From the NCBI RefSeq assembly GCF_006345805.1, contig NC_043012.1:34906001-34970000 (forward strand): a stretch of DNA of 64,000 nt, written 5' to 3'. Position numbers and translations under genes: made by a program. The notes beneath the pieces were generated by a model that worked only from the letters and a program-made list of their open reading frames with translations, did not search any database and was not told the origin of the DNA. The stretch is from Octopus sinensis (lineage: Eukaryota). Of the stretch, positions 12,577-26,030 are shown piece after piece (the first letter of the stretch is position 1; each line of letters opens with the position of its first letter).

Positions 12577-12579
<3 letters not shown>

Positions 12580-13118
12580 TGTGCCGGTGGCACATAAAAA
12601 GCACCATCCGAACGTGACCGATGCCAACCCCGCCTCGAATGGCTTCTGTGCCGGTGGCACATAAAAAGCAACATCCGAACGTGGCCGATGCCAGCACCGC
12701 CCCGACTGGCTTCTGTGCCGGTGGCACATAAAAAGCAACATCCGAACATGGCCGATGCCAGCACCGCCCCGACTGGCTTCTGTGCCGGTGGCACATAAAA
12801 AGCACCATCCGAACGTGACCGATGCCAGCACCGCCTTGACTGGCTTCTGTGCCGGTAGCACCAAAAAAAAAAAAAAAAAAAAGCACCAACTGATCGTGGC
12901 CGATGCCAGACCCCTCTGGCACCTGTGCAGCTGGCACGTAAAAAGCACCCACTACACTCGCGGAGTGGTTGGCGTTAGGAAGGGCATCCAGTTGTAGAAA
13001 CACTGCCAGATCAGACTGGAGCCTGGGGCAGCCCCTGGCTCCCCAGACCCCGGTCGAACCGTCCAACCCGTGCTAGCGCGGAAAATGGACGTTAAACGAT
13101 GATGATGATGATGATGAT
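12577..13118 (+). mobile_element. Retroposon family C: ~62-bp tandem modules, conserved body and TAAACG(ATG)n tail
   Basis: About five tandem ttctgtgccggtggcacataaaaagca units. The (GAT)n tail resembles RTE-type LINE 3' ends. More than 10 copies occur in the window. Confidence 0.85.
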
Positions 13119-13184
13119 ATATATATATATATATATATAAGGTGAAAAAATAGTAGTCGAACACCAGAGGTTGAGTAATATGCT

Positions 13185-13328
13185 TTAATAAAAAGCAGCA
13201 AAAATATCAGAAAAACTGTTCCCAGTTCCCGTTCGTCGGCCAGTTTTGTTTAGAAAAACTGTCCCACGAATGGGAACATGAAACTCTGAATAAAATTTTT
13301 TGTGATATTTTTCCTACCTTTTAATAAA
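13185..13328. repeat. Degenerate fold-back element
   Basis: gttcccgttcgtcggccagttt / aaactgtcccacgaatgggaac and outer aaaaatatca / tgatattttt arms. Confidence 0.55.
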
Positions 13329-13454
13329 GTAGCGCGCCAAAACGAGGACATTTGAAATTGTAGCCACGAGTGTAATGGGTAGTACTGTTCAGAAGTCTGA
13401 CTTTGTGCGGACGTCCTAGTATGCAGTCCTGCAAATTAAAATCAAATCAAACTC

Positions 13455-13850
13455 GATGACCCGTGCCAGTGCATCGCTAAGAGCACCATCTGGGTGTGAT
13501 CGTTGCCAGAGCAGCTGACTGGCTTCCGCGCCGGTGGCACAAAAAAAGCATTTGAGCAAGGTCGTTGACAGTGCCGCTGGACTGGCTCCTGTGCAGGTAG
13601 CATGTAAAAAACACCATTTGAGCGTAGCCATTGCCAGTACCGCCTGACTGGCCCTCGTGCCGGTGGCATGTAAAAGCACCCACTACACTCTCGGAGTGGT
13701 TGGCATTAGGAAGGGCATCCACCTTTAAGAAACTCTGTCAGATCAAACTGGAGCCTGGTACAGCCATCTAGTTCACCAGTCCTCAGTCAAATCATCCAAC
13801 CCATGCTAGCATGGAAAGTGGATGTTAAATGATGATGATGATGATGATAA
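13455..13850 (+). mobile_element. Retroposon family C
   Basis: Same body and (GAT)n tail. Confidence 0.85.
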
Positions 13851-13871
13851 TATATATAAAAGTATATAAAG

Positions 13872-14181
13872 GGTAGAGACCCCCTTCGGTCATGAATGAC
13901 CATGGGATTGCACCTAGAAAGTTACCCTCCCAGGCACAAGTCCGGGCAAGGTAGTTTATGGAAGACCAGCAGTCGCCCATGCATACCAGCTTCCCCTCTC
14001 CACACCACTGATGTTATCCAAGGGAAAGACAAAGGTCGATACAGCTTGGCACCAGTGATGTCGCAACTCATTTCTACAGTTGAGTGAACTGGAGCAATGT
14101 GAAATAAAGTGCCTTGCTCAAGAACACAACACGCAGCCCGGTCCGGGATTCGAGCTCACAACGCTCTAACCACTGAGCCAT

Positions 14182-14185
<4 letters not shown>
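13872..14185 (-). mobile_element. tRNA-derived SINE with a CORE-like central segment
   Basis: The minus strand reads gcgcatggctcagtggttagagcg...ctcgaatcccgg...ttcttgagcaaggcactttatttcac. Confidence 0.7.
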
Positions 14186-14212
<27 letters not shown>

Positions 14213-15464
14213 CTTATATATATATACTTATATATATATACTTATATATATATGTGTGTGTGAGTGTGTATCCTTCACTTTCATTGCTTTTAACCATCCC
14301 CCAGCATTTATCTATATTACATCACTGAATCATTTTAAACCCATATATAAATTTTTTTTCCTTCCCTAGTAGACTATCAGATAATGTAGTTGTTGAAAGA
14401 AATTATAAACTAAGTTAATACTAGTAATACACCAGGGTCAATTCAATCTAGTGTACTCCTCACAAAAAAAAAAGAGAAAAAAAGGAGCTTTATGCCACGT
14501 TCACCCTCATAATTTTCTTTTCTATTTATAATAAAAATAGCAAAAGTAATTGAAATAATGCTTCTTTTAGAAGTTTGCTAGAGTTCTGGTGGGAGACGAA
14601 GAGGTGGTTGTGGGAATGAAAATGAAAAAACTGAGAAATGCAGACCAATCAAAGAAAATCTATTCCGACAGGAGAAAGGCTACGCTGCTTGTCAGAGTGG
14701 AAATGATGGTGATAGCTGTCTAAGGAAATATTCAGTTGTTAAGATGAGGAATTTACTGTGAGTGAAACTAGCTATATGCTAGGCATAGTACAAGTGAAGA
14801 ACCATATCTTAATAGAACAATATTTATGGTAATAAATACAATTTTTTTTTTCGACTATTACATCTCAGTAATAATGGCATGAAGAATGGAAGCTTTAGGA
14901 ATCTGGCCCATTTTTGAAGAAATAAGAACCAGAATGAAACAGCAGAGTTGATGGGAAATCTTTAATATTACTTGTATAAGATATAATTTCTTTGGCTTAA
15001 TCACCAAACTGTTTTTGCAAAAGAAATGGAATATCATTTGCTACCTTATGCATTATGTTTTACTGGTACTTATTCTACCAATCCTGGGATTCTTTTACAC
15101 CAATTTGATTTAGAATTTGGAAAGTGAAACATGGTATTTCTTCAGATGATAGGGGCTGTAAAGCCAGTGCTTAAGCAAATGAGAGAAAATATTTTTCACC
15201 AGGTCTGATAAACCTTACCATCAGCTAGAAGAACTGGGTTATATATGGTCCCTTACATTTATGTATTAGGGTAATAAAGGAACCATGACAGCACCAGCAC
15301 CCAAGAGAGAAAGGAAGAAGAACTCAATATATGTGTATTTCTGCTAACTGCTACTTCAATCTTTATAACTAAGTTAGGGGATGAAGATGAATTTTCTTGA
15401 TGGATAAGGCGACTGTTATATTTGTGAGCAGGATTCTACTGTTCAATCTTTTGACACATTTTTA

Positions 15465-15784
15465 GGATCTTTTCACTTTGACCGGCAGATTTTTAAAATA
15501 ATTTCTTTGTAACTAAACACTTTTAAACTTCGTATACTGGTAGAATGTGTTACATAAAACATCTTTTTCTCTTGGCTTTCTTGAGAAAATTCTGTAGTTT
15601 GTAAGCTATTTGTTGTTTAATTTCTTGCATTTCAGCAATTTCAACCAATCAATGACGTCTATTGAGGTGAATACAATTTCTGCCATATTTTGTCAACAAC
15701 AATTATTTGTGGTATACGAAGTTTAAAAGTGTTTAGTTACAAAGAAATTATTTTAAAAATCTGCTGGTCAAAGTGAAAAGATCC
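15465..15784. mobile_element. 320-bp MITE with ~73-bp TIRs starting GGATC and an 8-bp TSD
   Basis: TSD cattttta at 15457-15464 and 15785-15792. TIR ggatcttttcactttgaccggcagattttt... Confidence 0.88.
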
Positions 15785-16935
15785 CATTTTTACATGTTCT
15801 TTTTTAAGGTAAAGAATAGCAAAGTTGATCTCACCAACTTGTAAGAATTTTGAGGGTTTTGTTTGATTGCACTCATTGAACCTTCTTGATTGTAATAGAT
15901 TTATAAAGTTCTTGATGCATTAACATACAGACCAATATATTCTTTATTTTATTTCTGGGTCATGAAGAAGTGTGGTAGTACCCGAGATGATATCTCTAAA
16001 GTATAATCTGTGTCTGTCGTTTTTGTGGTAGTCGTGGGTGGATTTTGTAAGAGTAGAACTGGATTCTTAAATATCATCAATTGAATTACAAAGGGTGTAG
16101 TCTCTGCAGATAATAAATAGGAATGGCATGAATATTTCACCTTACTAAAGAAGTCAGTGCTTCAGTTAGAGGACAGTACTTTAGCTTTTGTGTTTTTCTA
16201 GAGACCATTGCTGCTGCTACTACTACTTCATAAAGAATACCCTCTCTAAGACAACTCTCCTCCGTTTTTGCCTTGAGAGACAAACTTTTAAGTTTTTGAC
16301 ATTTCTACAAATGGTGAGACAGCTTGCTTATTTTTAACTCTGACTCCTCCTACACTAATTCCTCTGACTGATTTGTCTGACTCCCTAAATGCAATATATA
16401 ATAGTTTTGCCACTTCTAATCAACAAGTGGCAGAAGAATACCTTCCCATTGAGACAAAATTCAAACGCTGAATCCTGGGGGAATTTAAGACGAATACTGA
16501 AGAGCACAGTCACTTGAAGGAGGCTGTGCTCATTTATAGTCAACCAAACCTTCCACAACAAATATCCCTAAATTCAAAAATAGCTCAGCAAAATATTGTT
16601 TACATGTATGAATTTTAACCCCTAAAATTATATTGAAAACAAAACACCTGATTGCACAACCATCAGCAAACGAACAATCCATTTCTTAATAAAGGGCAAG
16701 AACCCAAAATTTTGACCTCTCGATTTCCTTTGGATTATTTTTGGCTGATGTCAAACCACAATGGTTTCCTCTGTTTTATCATAAACATAATACACATAAA
16801 CAAATTTGTAGGTGTTTGAAAGTACTTTGTAAAATTCAGACCAACTTTTCACACAGCTATTTGAATGGATATCCATGATCCCCAGGAAGAGAAAATCAAG
16901 ATAGTTGCTTCTGATCGGAGTTAATTTTATTCTGT

Positions 16936-17350
16936 CGCCTTACTGGCACTTGTACCCATGCTAGTAGGATGCCAAGAGCACCATCTGAGTGTGATCGTCA
17001 CCAAAGTAGCCAACTGGCATCCGTGCCGGTGGCACATAAAAGGGCACCATTTGAGCGTGATCGTTACCAACATCGCCTTATTGGCACCTGTGCTGGTGGC
17101 ATGTGTAAAAAGATTTGAGCGAGGTCATTGCCAGTACCGCCTGACTGACTGGACTCTGTGTCGGTGGCACGTAAAAAGCACCCACTACACTCTTGGAGTG
17201 GTTGGCGTTAGGAAGAGCATCCAGCTGTAGAAACTCTGCCAAATCAAGATTGGAGCCTGGTGCAGCCATCTGGTTCGCCAGTCCTCAGTCAAATCGTCCA
17301 ACCCATGCCAGCATGCAAAGTGGACGTTAAACGATGATGATGATGATGAC
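16936..17350 (+). mobile_element. Retroposon family C
   Basis: Same body and tail. Confidence 0.85.
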
Positions 17351-18117
17351 TCCAATGCTGAGAGAGAGGAAAATTTGAAGAGGGTCAGCATGGAAGATTC
17401 TTGTGTGTGTCATCCACTGGAAGTAGCTGAGAATGGATGTCTTTCTGTAGAGAAACACAAATCTACGGATGTTTTGCCTAAGAAAAGATTTGTGTCTGGA
17501 ACTGCAAGCTAACAAAACATTCTTCAGTTAAATACCCAGAAAGCTTTTTCAATACAATAATGACATGTATACTGTACTTCATTGTTTTTAATTTACAGCT
17601 AAGATTAATTAATTCAATAATTAAGACACAAGTGTCTTTATCAGTTCTCCATATCTGTGCTAATAATGGGATATAAGTTGTCAAATATCAGTTGGTTATT
17701 TATTATTCTTGTTTACTCAACTGATTCTTAAGTAATATTTACTATCAAAATAGCATCAAAGTAATATTTACTATTACTATCTTCAAAGTAATACCAAACT
17801 GATAATTGAGATAAACTTCAACAAAAACTGCCAAGGAAACAAATCTTCCAGCACCCCAGAAACAAAAATGAAAAAAAAAAAAAAGGAAAATAAAAAATGA
17901 CTTTCCCTGAAGGAAAAAAAAAGTTTCTTAAAATAAAAAATAAAGAATTCAAGATTTAAATAAATGATTAATATCGTGTAAATCTGTTATCTTAAAACTT
18001 CATACAAACTATTGCAACCGGATGTTAGAATAACTGTACTTATTGGTTGTCTCTGGCTTTATCAAGTTTCATATAAATGTTTCTTAGAATAAGACAGCAA
18101 CAGTCTACTGTTAGTAC

Positions 18118-18163
<46 letters not shown>

Positions 18164-18782
18164 TGCACTGTTTATTTTACTAAGGATCATTTATCTGTAT
18201 ATAAGTTCAAGCAATCGTGTGTGTGTGTGTGTGTGTGTGCGTGTGTCTGTAGTGTGTGTGTGTATGTGGGGGGGGTATGTATATATGCACATATTTATCT
18301 ATTGATATATATACACATAAAAACAGGAGATTTCAAAAGATTTTTGGTTTTATCTATTCACCATTACATGTGTTTCGTTTGCTAATAGGAGTCACAAAAC
18401 TGTACACATAAGAGAAAGATGTAAGATGTCTCCTATTGGAAATTCTTCAGACAAAAGAATCAAATAATACAAAATTTACATTTGGGTGAAATGTTTATAT
18501 ATAGCTAGTAATCAGGAGTCGTATAGATGGTAGGATGAGGAGGGGGGGGGGAATAAAGAGCAAATTTTGTAAAATAGAAAACAGAGAAAGAGAGTTAGAG
18601 ATTGATATAATAAGTATATACACATGCACATTATTGCATATACATATACATATGTAAATACACACACACACACACATATGCTTACACAAATGTAAACACA
18701 CATGTATATATTCATCTTAATCAAGGACTGCCACATTATGTTGGCAAATAATCTTTACTCTGTCTGTCTCTCTCTCTCTCTG

Positions 18783-18828
<46 letters not shown>

Positions 18829-19107
18829 TGTGTGTGTGCATGTGCGCACGTGTGTGTATATATATATATATATTTATATATAAATAAGTCAGTTGAAGCA
18901 TTTGCACAATTTATGAAGGTATGTGCATGATATAGAAATATATTTATCAAGCAGCATAGCAATGGGTTTGAACTAGTGTACATAAAACATATAGCATTGA
19001 AGTGAAACTCTTTACAGTAGGAGAGAAAATTCTTTAAAGGATTTATCTGAGTTCAGATCCCACGTCAGTCAACTTTGTCTTTCATATTGCAGAGTTTTTT
19101 TAATATC

Positions 19108-19385
19108 ATAAGGGCCGGTTTCCCGGTTTCCTTGGCGTATAGGTTCCCCACCTGGATGGGACACTGATTCGTCGCAGGTGAGCTGCAAAATGCTGGAGGA
19201 AAGAGTGAGAGAAAGTTGTGGCGAAAGAGTCAGCAGAAGTTCGCCATTACCTTCTGCTGGAGCTGCGTGGAGTTTTGGTGTTTCGCTCATAAACACACAC
19301 ATCGCCCGGTCTGAGATTCGAAACCCGCGATCCCTCGACTGCGAGTCCGCTGCTCTAGCCACTAGGCCATGTGCCTCCACATGTT
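19108..19385 (-). mobile_element. tRNA-derived SINE related to family D
   Basis: The minus strand reads tggaggcacatggcctagtggctagagcagcggactcgcagtcgaggg...gtttcgaatctc. Confidence 0.75.
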
Positions 19386-20122
19386 GCAGAGTTGATGAAC
19401 AAAGAAACAATTCAGAGTGCCAAACTGCCTCAAGTCATCTATTTTGGCTTTGTGCATTCCAAGTTTGAATTTTGCTTTCTGTCATATAAAAAGAAGTGAC
19501 AAGTCCATTGGAACCAGCCACAAAAATAATGCTAGACTTGAGAAGACCTGGTACTACAAGCATTTTGATCCTCTCTGCACCAAGCTGACAGCACTTTAAG
19601 TAATGAAAAGGGTTATTGTTGCTGAGTAACCCCATTCAACTAGGCTTCAGTGACCAACACCATTGATGGTAGCTGATCAGACAGAGCCAAGCAAGAAGCT
19701 AAATAGCCAGACATGCAGATATAAGACATCTGGAATGTTGGCCTCAGTACAATTCTGCTGACAATAATCATCATGTCCCTACTGGAGGTATGTTGTCCTA
19801 ACATTTAAGACTGAAAACATATGATACCATTTTAATGTTTTCAATATTTGATTTAAGGCCTCCTGTTTCTCTGTTTGAATTCTGTCAACATTGACATTCC
19901 CTTCATCCCTCTTCTCTCTTCAATGTTGGGCTTTTCTCAAAATGTCAGGAGTTTCATCTCCCCATGACATAAAACCTACCTAAATCTAGGAATGCTACTA
20001 AATAATTTTTGCCTCTGTAGACCACCACTAGTTTTCTCAGACTCTAGCTTTTATTTGCCACTAATACATTTAGTTTATTCAGTCAAGCGTATTATATACA
20101 GACATATGCATGCACACACGCA

Positions 20123-20164
<42 letters not shown>

Positions 20165-20294
20165 ACACACACACACACATTTTAAAAAACATTTTCTTTC
20201 GCTTTCATCAAAAGAAGTTGATTTACTGTTGCTTTTATTGTTGCAAAGTCTCAGATAAAAGTGACAAAGCGAAAAAGGAAGAGTATTAATAAAA

Positions 20295-20653
20295 TATTGT
20301 TGTATTTGGGGATGGTCATTTTGCCAGTTTAGCCAATGAAAACACATGCACTGTATATTTGGTGTTACTTTGCTTCAGCGTTATTTATTTTTTACATTAA
20401 TCTTAATCATATTTCAGTCAGAGTTCTTTCGTCACACTCCTGACTGTTGGTAAGGAGGGACACTCAAATAAGAAAGAAGAAAGCAAAGGACCTCTGATGC
20501 GGTCACAGGAGTGTGACGAAAGAACTCTGGCCGAAATAAGATTAAGATTAATGTAAAAAATAAATAATGCTGAAGCAAAGTAACACCAAATATATAGTGC
20601 GTGTGCTTTTATTGGCTAAACTGGCAAAATGACCATTCCTAAATACAACAATA
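20295..20653. mobile_element. Fold-back element (about 148-bp arms, about 63-bp spacer), probably Penelope-like
   Basis: Arms at 20295-20442 and 20506-20653 are roughly 90% complementary by eye. It contains ctgatgcggtcac...gtgacgaaag...ggccgaaa. Confidence 0.65.
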
Positions 20654-21230
20654 TCTGTTTACAACACACGATTTCACATAAAAAATCTTGCAAAACAACT
20701 ATATAAATGCATTAATAAACGTAAGAGATTTATTCAAAAGTGCTCTTTTACTATAGTATAGTAAAATGGTAGCGCATCTACTATTGGATAGTTGTAGTTA
20801 ACTCATAGTTTTGCTGATAAAATAAAGTATTCGACTTAATTGCAGATATACTTTCTTAATATTTAAGATTTCAAGCATCTGGTTTCCATTTCAAAGACAG
20901 TAGAAAGTTTACTGGGGATGATGGAAGATTTGGTTGGACAACAAAAATATCAATTGGCTGCACAGAACCTCACTTGCTGGTTTTTATATAAGACTATCTC
21001 ACAGTTTGAACAAGGGCCATGAAGTGCTTGCAAAGATCCTGATATTTTTATGTTTCAAGACAACTATTAGTTTCCGACTGAATGCTATCATCGAATTCCC
21101 ATGTCTCAAAGTTAGCTGTTTTATTTATCCATTTGTTTGGAGTTGAGTCTCTCCATGTAACATCATATTAAAGCAACTTTGTTGCTGCATGCAGTTGATA
21201 GAATTAGGGAAGTTGGTGGCTACAGTTATA

Positions 21231-21598
21231 TCTCTCTATATATAAAAGGCAAAATGTCTGTCTGTGTGTGTGTCCTTTATACAAATCTACAATCTTTTAG
21301 TTAGAGGGCTCGAACTTTCTATGGTCATTCAAAACTGTCCAAGGGTGGTCGTGCACATCTTTACATTTCCCCAGTCACCCTGCAAAGCCATTAAAAAATC
21401 AATAGAAATGACATTTTTGTGAATTTTCTATCCAAAACCCAATCGAAATACCCGAAACTTGATATGCCAATTGAATGCCAGCTAGCTGTATGTGATTGGT
21501 CGGAGAATTGGACAGTACTCACATGTATGTGTGCATGCACGCAGCTGTATATGCATGCACTAGAATTGTGACCCGGCAACGCTGGGTCATAGTGCTAG
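21231..21598 (+). mobile_element. Non-autonomous Helitron family 2
   Basis: A|TC...hairpin...CTAG|T, similar to the copy at 10921. Confidence 0.85.
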
Positions 21599-21944
21599 TA
21601 TGTATATAAAAGTGCAAACCTACATCTTGAGCTTATAGTAGCATGCAAACAATCGATACATGGTGCTACCACTTGAGATGATACATTCTTCAGCATGGCC
21701 CTAAACTTCATATAATATAGTTGCTATGGTGTAGGATTGATGGAGTGTAACAGGCAGACAGGGTTACGTGCAATTTAAAATTCACATTATTCAACATTGT
21801 TATAAGACAACATATGAAACTTTAACTGGACAAATATTGACATAAATGGTGGTGCCCCAGCATGGCCACAGCTCGTGAGCTGAAACTAGATAAAATAAAA
21901 TAAAAATAAACTGTTACTGATGCAATGGTAAGGTTTTGATAAGC

Positions 21945-22263
21945 ACATTCGAGCGGGATCCCACCATTCGAGCAGGATCGTTACCAGCATAGCCTTACTG
22001 GCACCTGTGCCGGTGGCATGTGTAAAAAGATTCGAGCGAGGTCGTTGCCAGTACCGCCTGACTGGCCCCCGTTTCAGTGGCATGTAAAAAGCAGCCACTA
22101 CACTCTCGGAGTGGTTGGCATTAGGAAGGGCATCCAGCTGTAGAGACTCTGCCAGATCAAGACTGGAGTCTAGTGCAGCCATCTGGTTCGCCAGCCCTCA
22201 GTCAAACCGTCCAACCCATGCTAGCATGGAAAGCAGACGTTAAACGATGATGATAATGATGAC
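21945..22263 (+). mobile_element. Retroposon family C
   Basis: Same body and tail. Confidence 0.85.
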
Positions 22264-23019
22264 TAAGTACTGTTGGACAGATGGACGGACAAAAATACAT
22301 TTACAGATACACACATATACACACACATACTATAAATATATATACATACACACACACGTGTGTGTGTGAGCATCTGTACTTCACTTGAAACCATTTCATT
22401 AGAAGCAGCGGCATCATATGTCTAGTCAAAGAATCATCTGGAGTCTTTGCATCTTCAAAGATGTGTAGAATAAGAGACCCTTCATTTGGAAAATAGGCAA
22501 GGATTATCCACAGAAAGAGCATCTGGCTGTAAAACAATGCTTCAAAAATATACTCATCTAACCCATACCTTCTTGGATGATGATGACAGAAATGATGAAG
22601 TTGACGACGAAGGTTAAATTGATGGTGATTATGATAGCAGTTGTGCTGTTAGTGGATTAAATGACAATGGGAGAAGTGGAGGGGGTGCTTAGAATCAAAA
22701 CGGAAATAACTGAATAAGCAAGAAAGTCTCCAGTTGAATGTCGGGGACAAAGTTTCTCACCTCACCCTCCACCCTTCTGCAATTTCCTACATTCAGGCAC
22801 CCCTTCCTTTTCACCACTCTACCACCTCTTAAGAACTGGGAAACCAACCCAAAACTTACTGATCTTAACTGATGAATAATCATTATTAGAATTACCCCCA
22901 AGGTTAAGTGGTGGGTAGAGGAAGAGATGGCTTAGCGAGCAAAAGGAGAGAGAGAGAGAGAGAGAGAGAAAGAGGTCAGTGAAATAACAGGAATACTAGT
23001 AGTGCTAATGTTAAATTTA

Positions 23020-23878
23020 CTGATGGCGGTGGAGGTGGTGGTGGTGGTGGTGGTGGTGGTGGAGGCGATGTTGTAGAAGTGGATACCAGTGATAGAGATG
23101 GCAGGGTAGGTTGTGATTATTACATTCGTGATTATGGTATTGTTGTAGCTGTTGTTGTTTATGGTGATGGTGGTGTCGGTGGTGGTGGTGTCAGTGGTGG
23201 TGGTGGTGTCAGTGGTGGTGGTGGTGGTGATGGTGGTGGTGTTGGTGGTGGTGATGGTGGTGGTGGTGGTGTCGGTGGTGTTGGTGTCGGTGGTGGTGGT
23301 GGTGGTGGTGGTGGAAGTGCAGCTTGTGGCAGTGTTGATGACATTGCACTTGTGGTGCTGGTGAGCGAAGTAGTAGCGATGGTAATAAATGACGGTGGAA
23401 GAAGTGCAATGAGAGAATTCTTGGCATTGAGGCATGGGATGCAAGACATCGGAGAAAGAAAAAAAAGGGGGTGAAGTGGGAGGAGCGAGAAGAAAGAAAG
23501 AAGCGGTTCTAATTACCGTAGTGCCAGAATACCAATTACATATTAAACAAACATCAGTGGGACGAAGCAGCTGTGTGAGTTCATCCCAGATATTGAAATA
23601 ATCAGCACAAGTATTATTTGGAATTTTATGCAAACACACACACACACATATATATACAATATCCACATGTGTAGATATTTTTTACACACACACACACATG
23701 TATATACATATATCTATTCACATATATAAATACATGTATATATACATATTTATACAAATCCGCACACATGTATAAACATATCTATACAAATAAGTGTGTG
23801 TATATATATATACATACATATTTATATATAGATGCATATGTATGAATATATGTGTATGTATGTAAATATATTTATGTA

Positions 23879-23920
<42 letters not shown>

Positions 23921-24116
23921 TACATAAATATACTCACATACATACACATATATTCATACATATACATCTATATATACATATGTATGTATAGAGTTTTATA
24001 CATGTGTACACACACACACACACACATATGAGAGAGAGAGAGCGGCAAATGCACACACATACTCAGATACATATTCTTACATATGTGATTGCATGTGTGC
24101 GCATATATACAGAGAC

Positions 24117-24190
<74 letters not shown>

Positions 24191-24202
24191 CATGTATAGA
24201 CA

Positions 24203-24236
<34 letters not shown>

Positions 24237-24240
24237 CTAC
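23020..24240. repeat. (GGT)n-rich tract followed by compound TA/CA/GA microsatellites
   Basis: Directly visible. It explains the Thr-, Gly-, Pro- and His-rich ORFs. Confidence 0.9.
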
Positions 24241-24553
24241 GTAAACATGTTCAGCCACTCGTTTTACAAGTTTTGCATTCTAGTACAGCTGGATGCTCTT
24301 CCTGCAGCTAACCATTATATGTTTTGCAAGTAAAAGATCCTTTATTCTTCATGAATGTAAGCTGTCACACAACATCTTGCCTGCTCACTCTGAAAGTGGA
24401 GACAAGTTATTGAATTGAGCTCAGTATTTATCTTTTTTTGAAAGCCAAACTGCTAAGTTATAGGGATGTAAACAAACCATCACTGGTTGTCAAGTGGTGG
24501 TGATGGGAACAAACACAAACACAAAGACACAAATACATGGATATATAAATATA

Positions 24554-25520
24554 CTAGATGAGATACCCGGCGTTGCTCGGTATAAAAATGGCATAGTGTG
24601 TATATAATATATTACAGTTATGTTGAAATAGGTGATATGGGAAAGTGCAGCATTGATAACAAAACATTTGTGGAGTAAATTTGACTAAGTGATATGCTAT
24701 GAGTCCTTTTGGAGTATTTCAGGCCCTAACCTGTCATGGAAAATTAGGGGTGGGGGTTATGTTATTTTTGAACGCACCAAAAAGCTGTCAGTGGATATAC
24801 TCTCCTTTGCAGCAGTCGGCGCTGTGTCTAACATGACCCATCATCTGAAATGTTGACACCTTCGGGTTTGCTATCCTACATCACTCATAAGTAAATTTGG
24901 AGGAACTGTGGTTGTTCATTTGTGGGTATCAGGGAACCACTGAGGTGATAGACTTGCCCTTGAACTTTGACGTCAGAGTAAATTCATATTTAACTATCTT
25001 CTTAGATGCAGCTAACGATGTCATTTGAAAAGCACAGTTGTATTGTCTAATATTGTTCAGAAAATCCTTTGACTGGATGGAAGTGCCTACTAGAAGATCC
25101 ATAAGGGGTCGAAAAGGAGCTGGTAGTGCTGGCAATGTTACCTGACCGCCTGAGCAGCACATGCCATTTGTTTTATTTGAAAATTTTAAAGCTCTACAGA
25201 AAAGACAATTTGTGTTTAGCACACCAGTTTGGACAGAATTATTGTTTTTATAAGAATGGGATGGATCATATCTGAAAGCAGCTTCAAGAGTTGTGAAGAA
25301 AGAATTTGTACATAGTCTGTTTCTGAGAGCTATTCTATTGGACCTCTGTCTAATCATTAAACCATTGATTTAACGATCCAGCATTAACTGCTGCAACATG
25401 CATTGGCTGATCTTGAGAAAATCTCATCTCACTTCTCTCTTCAGACTCTTGCCTTTGGTTTTCTACAATCCTCCTTGTTTTATACTTGTTTCTGAAGAGA
25501 TTACTTCTTTTCTATGGTGG
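24554..25520 (-). mobile_element. Internally deleted Helitron with an N-terminal RepHel fragment
   Basis: ORF 25357-24929 reads CLFCRALKF...GMCCSGGQVTLP.L.AP..PL..LL.G...SKDFLNNIRQYNCAFQMTS and continues, frameshifted, as QVYHLSGSLIP...PQFLQIY. The 3' hairpin and CTAG are at 24554-24580. Confidence 0.9.
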
Positions 25521-25751
25521 AATATTTTTTTCAATATTGTAAACAAACAATTATAAACATAGAAGAACAAATTAGACATTAATCCCTATTTTTGTAAGCA
25601 GTTTTATGTATGTAGTATGTTTTTATTTTTGTATGCAGTATAAATTAACCAAACAGAAGCACATGTATGAACTGCTCTTTTAATGGTAAATGCCACAGTA
25701 ATTATTATAGATAAATTTCTTAATATATATATTAAATATATATATTAATAT

Positions 25752-26030
25752 ATACAAAATAAGAAAATGGAGAAATACATCCAAATCAAATATCAACTAC
25801 CAGATAATATCCAATCACATACTTTTATCTGGTAGTTGATATTTGATTTCGATGTATTTCTCCATTTTCTTATTTTGTATTATGAATTTGTGGTAAAACA
25901 TTTTACCTTTGCCCATATAATGCAGTAAATGAATTAATTGCATCGCAATTTATGCATTAACTTTGTTGGGTACCCCACTAGCAGTATATTGGATATATAT
26001 GCATTTACAACCCCTATCTCAATTTGTATA
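25752..26030. mobile_element. Second copy of the 6101 fold-back family
   Basis: About 55-bp arms (25752-25807 and 25825-25880) with 1 mismatch. The downstream ~150 bp is similar to 6520-6700. Confidence 0.7.

Noticed and set aside
12577-12900. ~62-bp tandem units as a CRISPR array
   Set aside because: Eukaryotic context, no unique spacers and no cas genes. It is a minisatellite within a dispersed retroposon.
22932-23666. 244-aa Thr-rich ORF and overlapping Gly-, Pro- and His-rich ORFs
   Set aside because: They are products of (GGT)n and TA/CA repeats that are open in several frames, with no domain or splice support.
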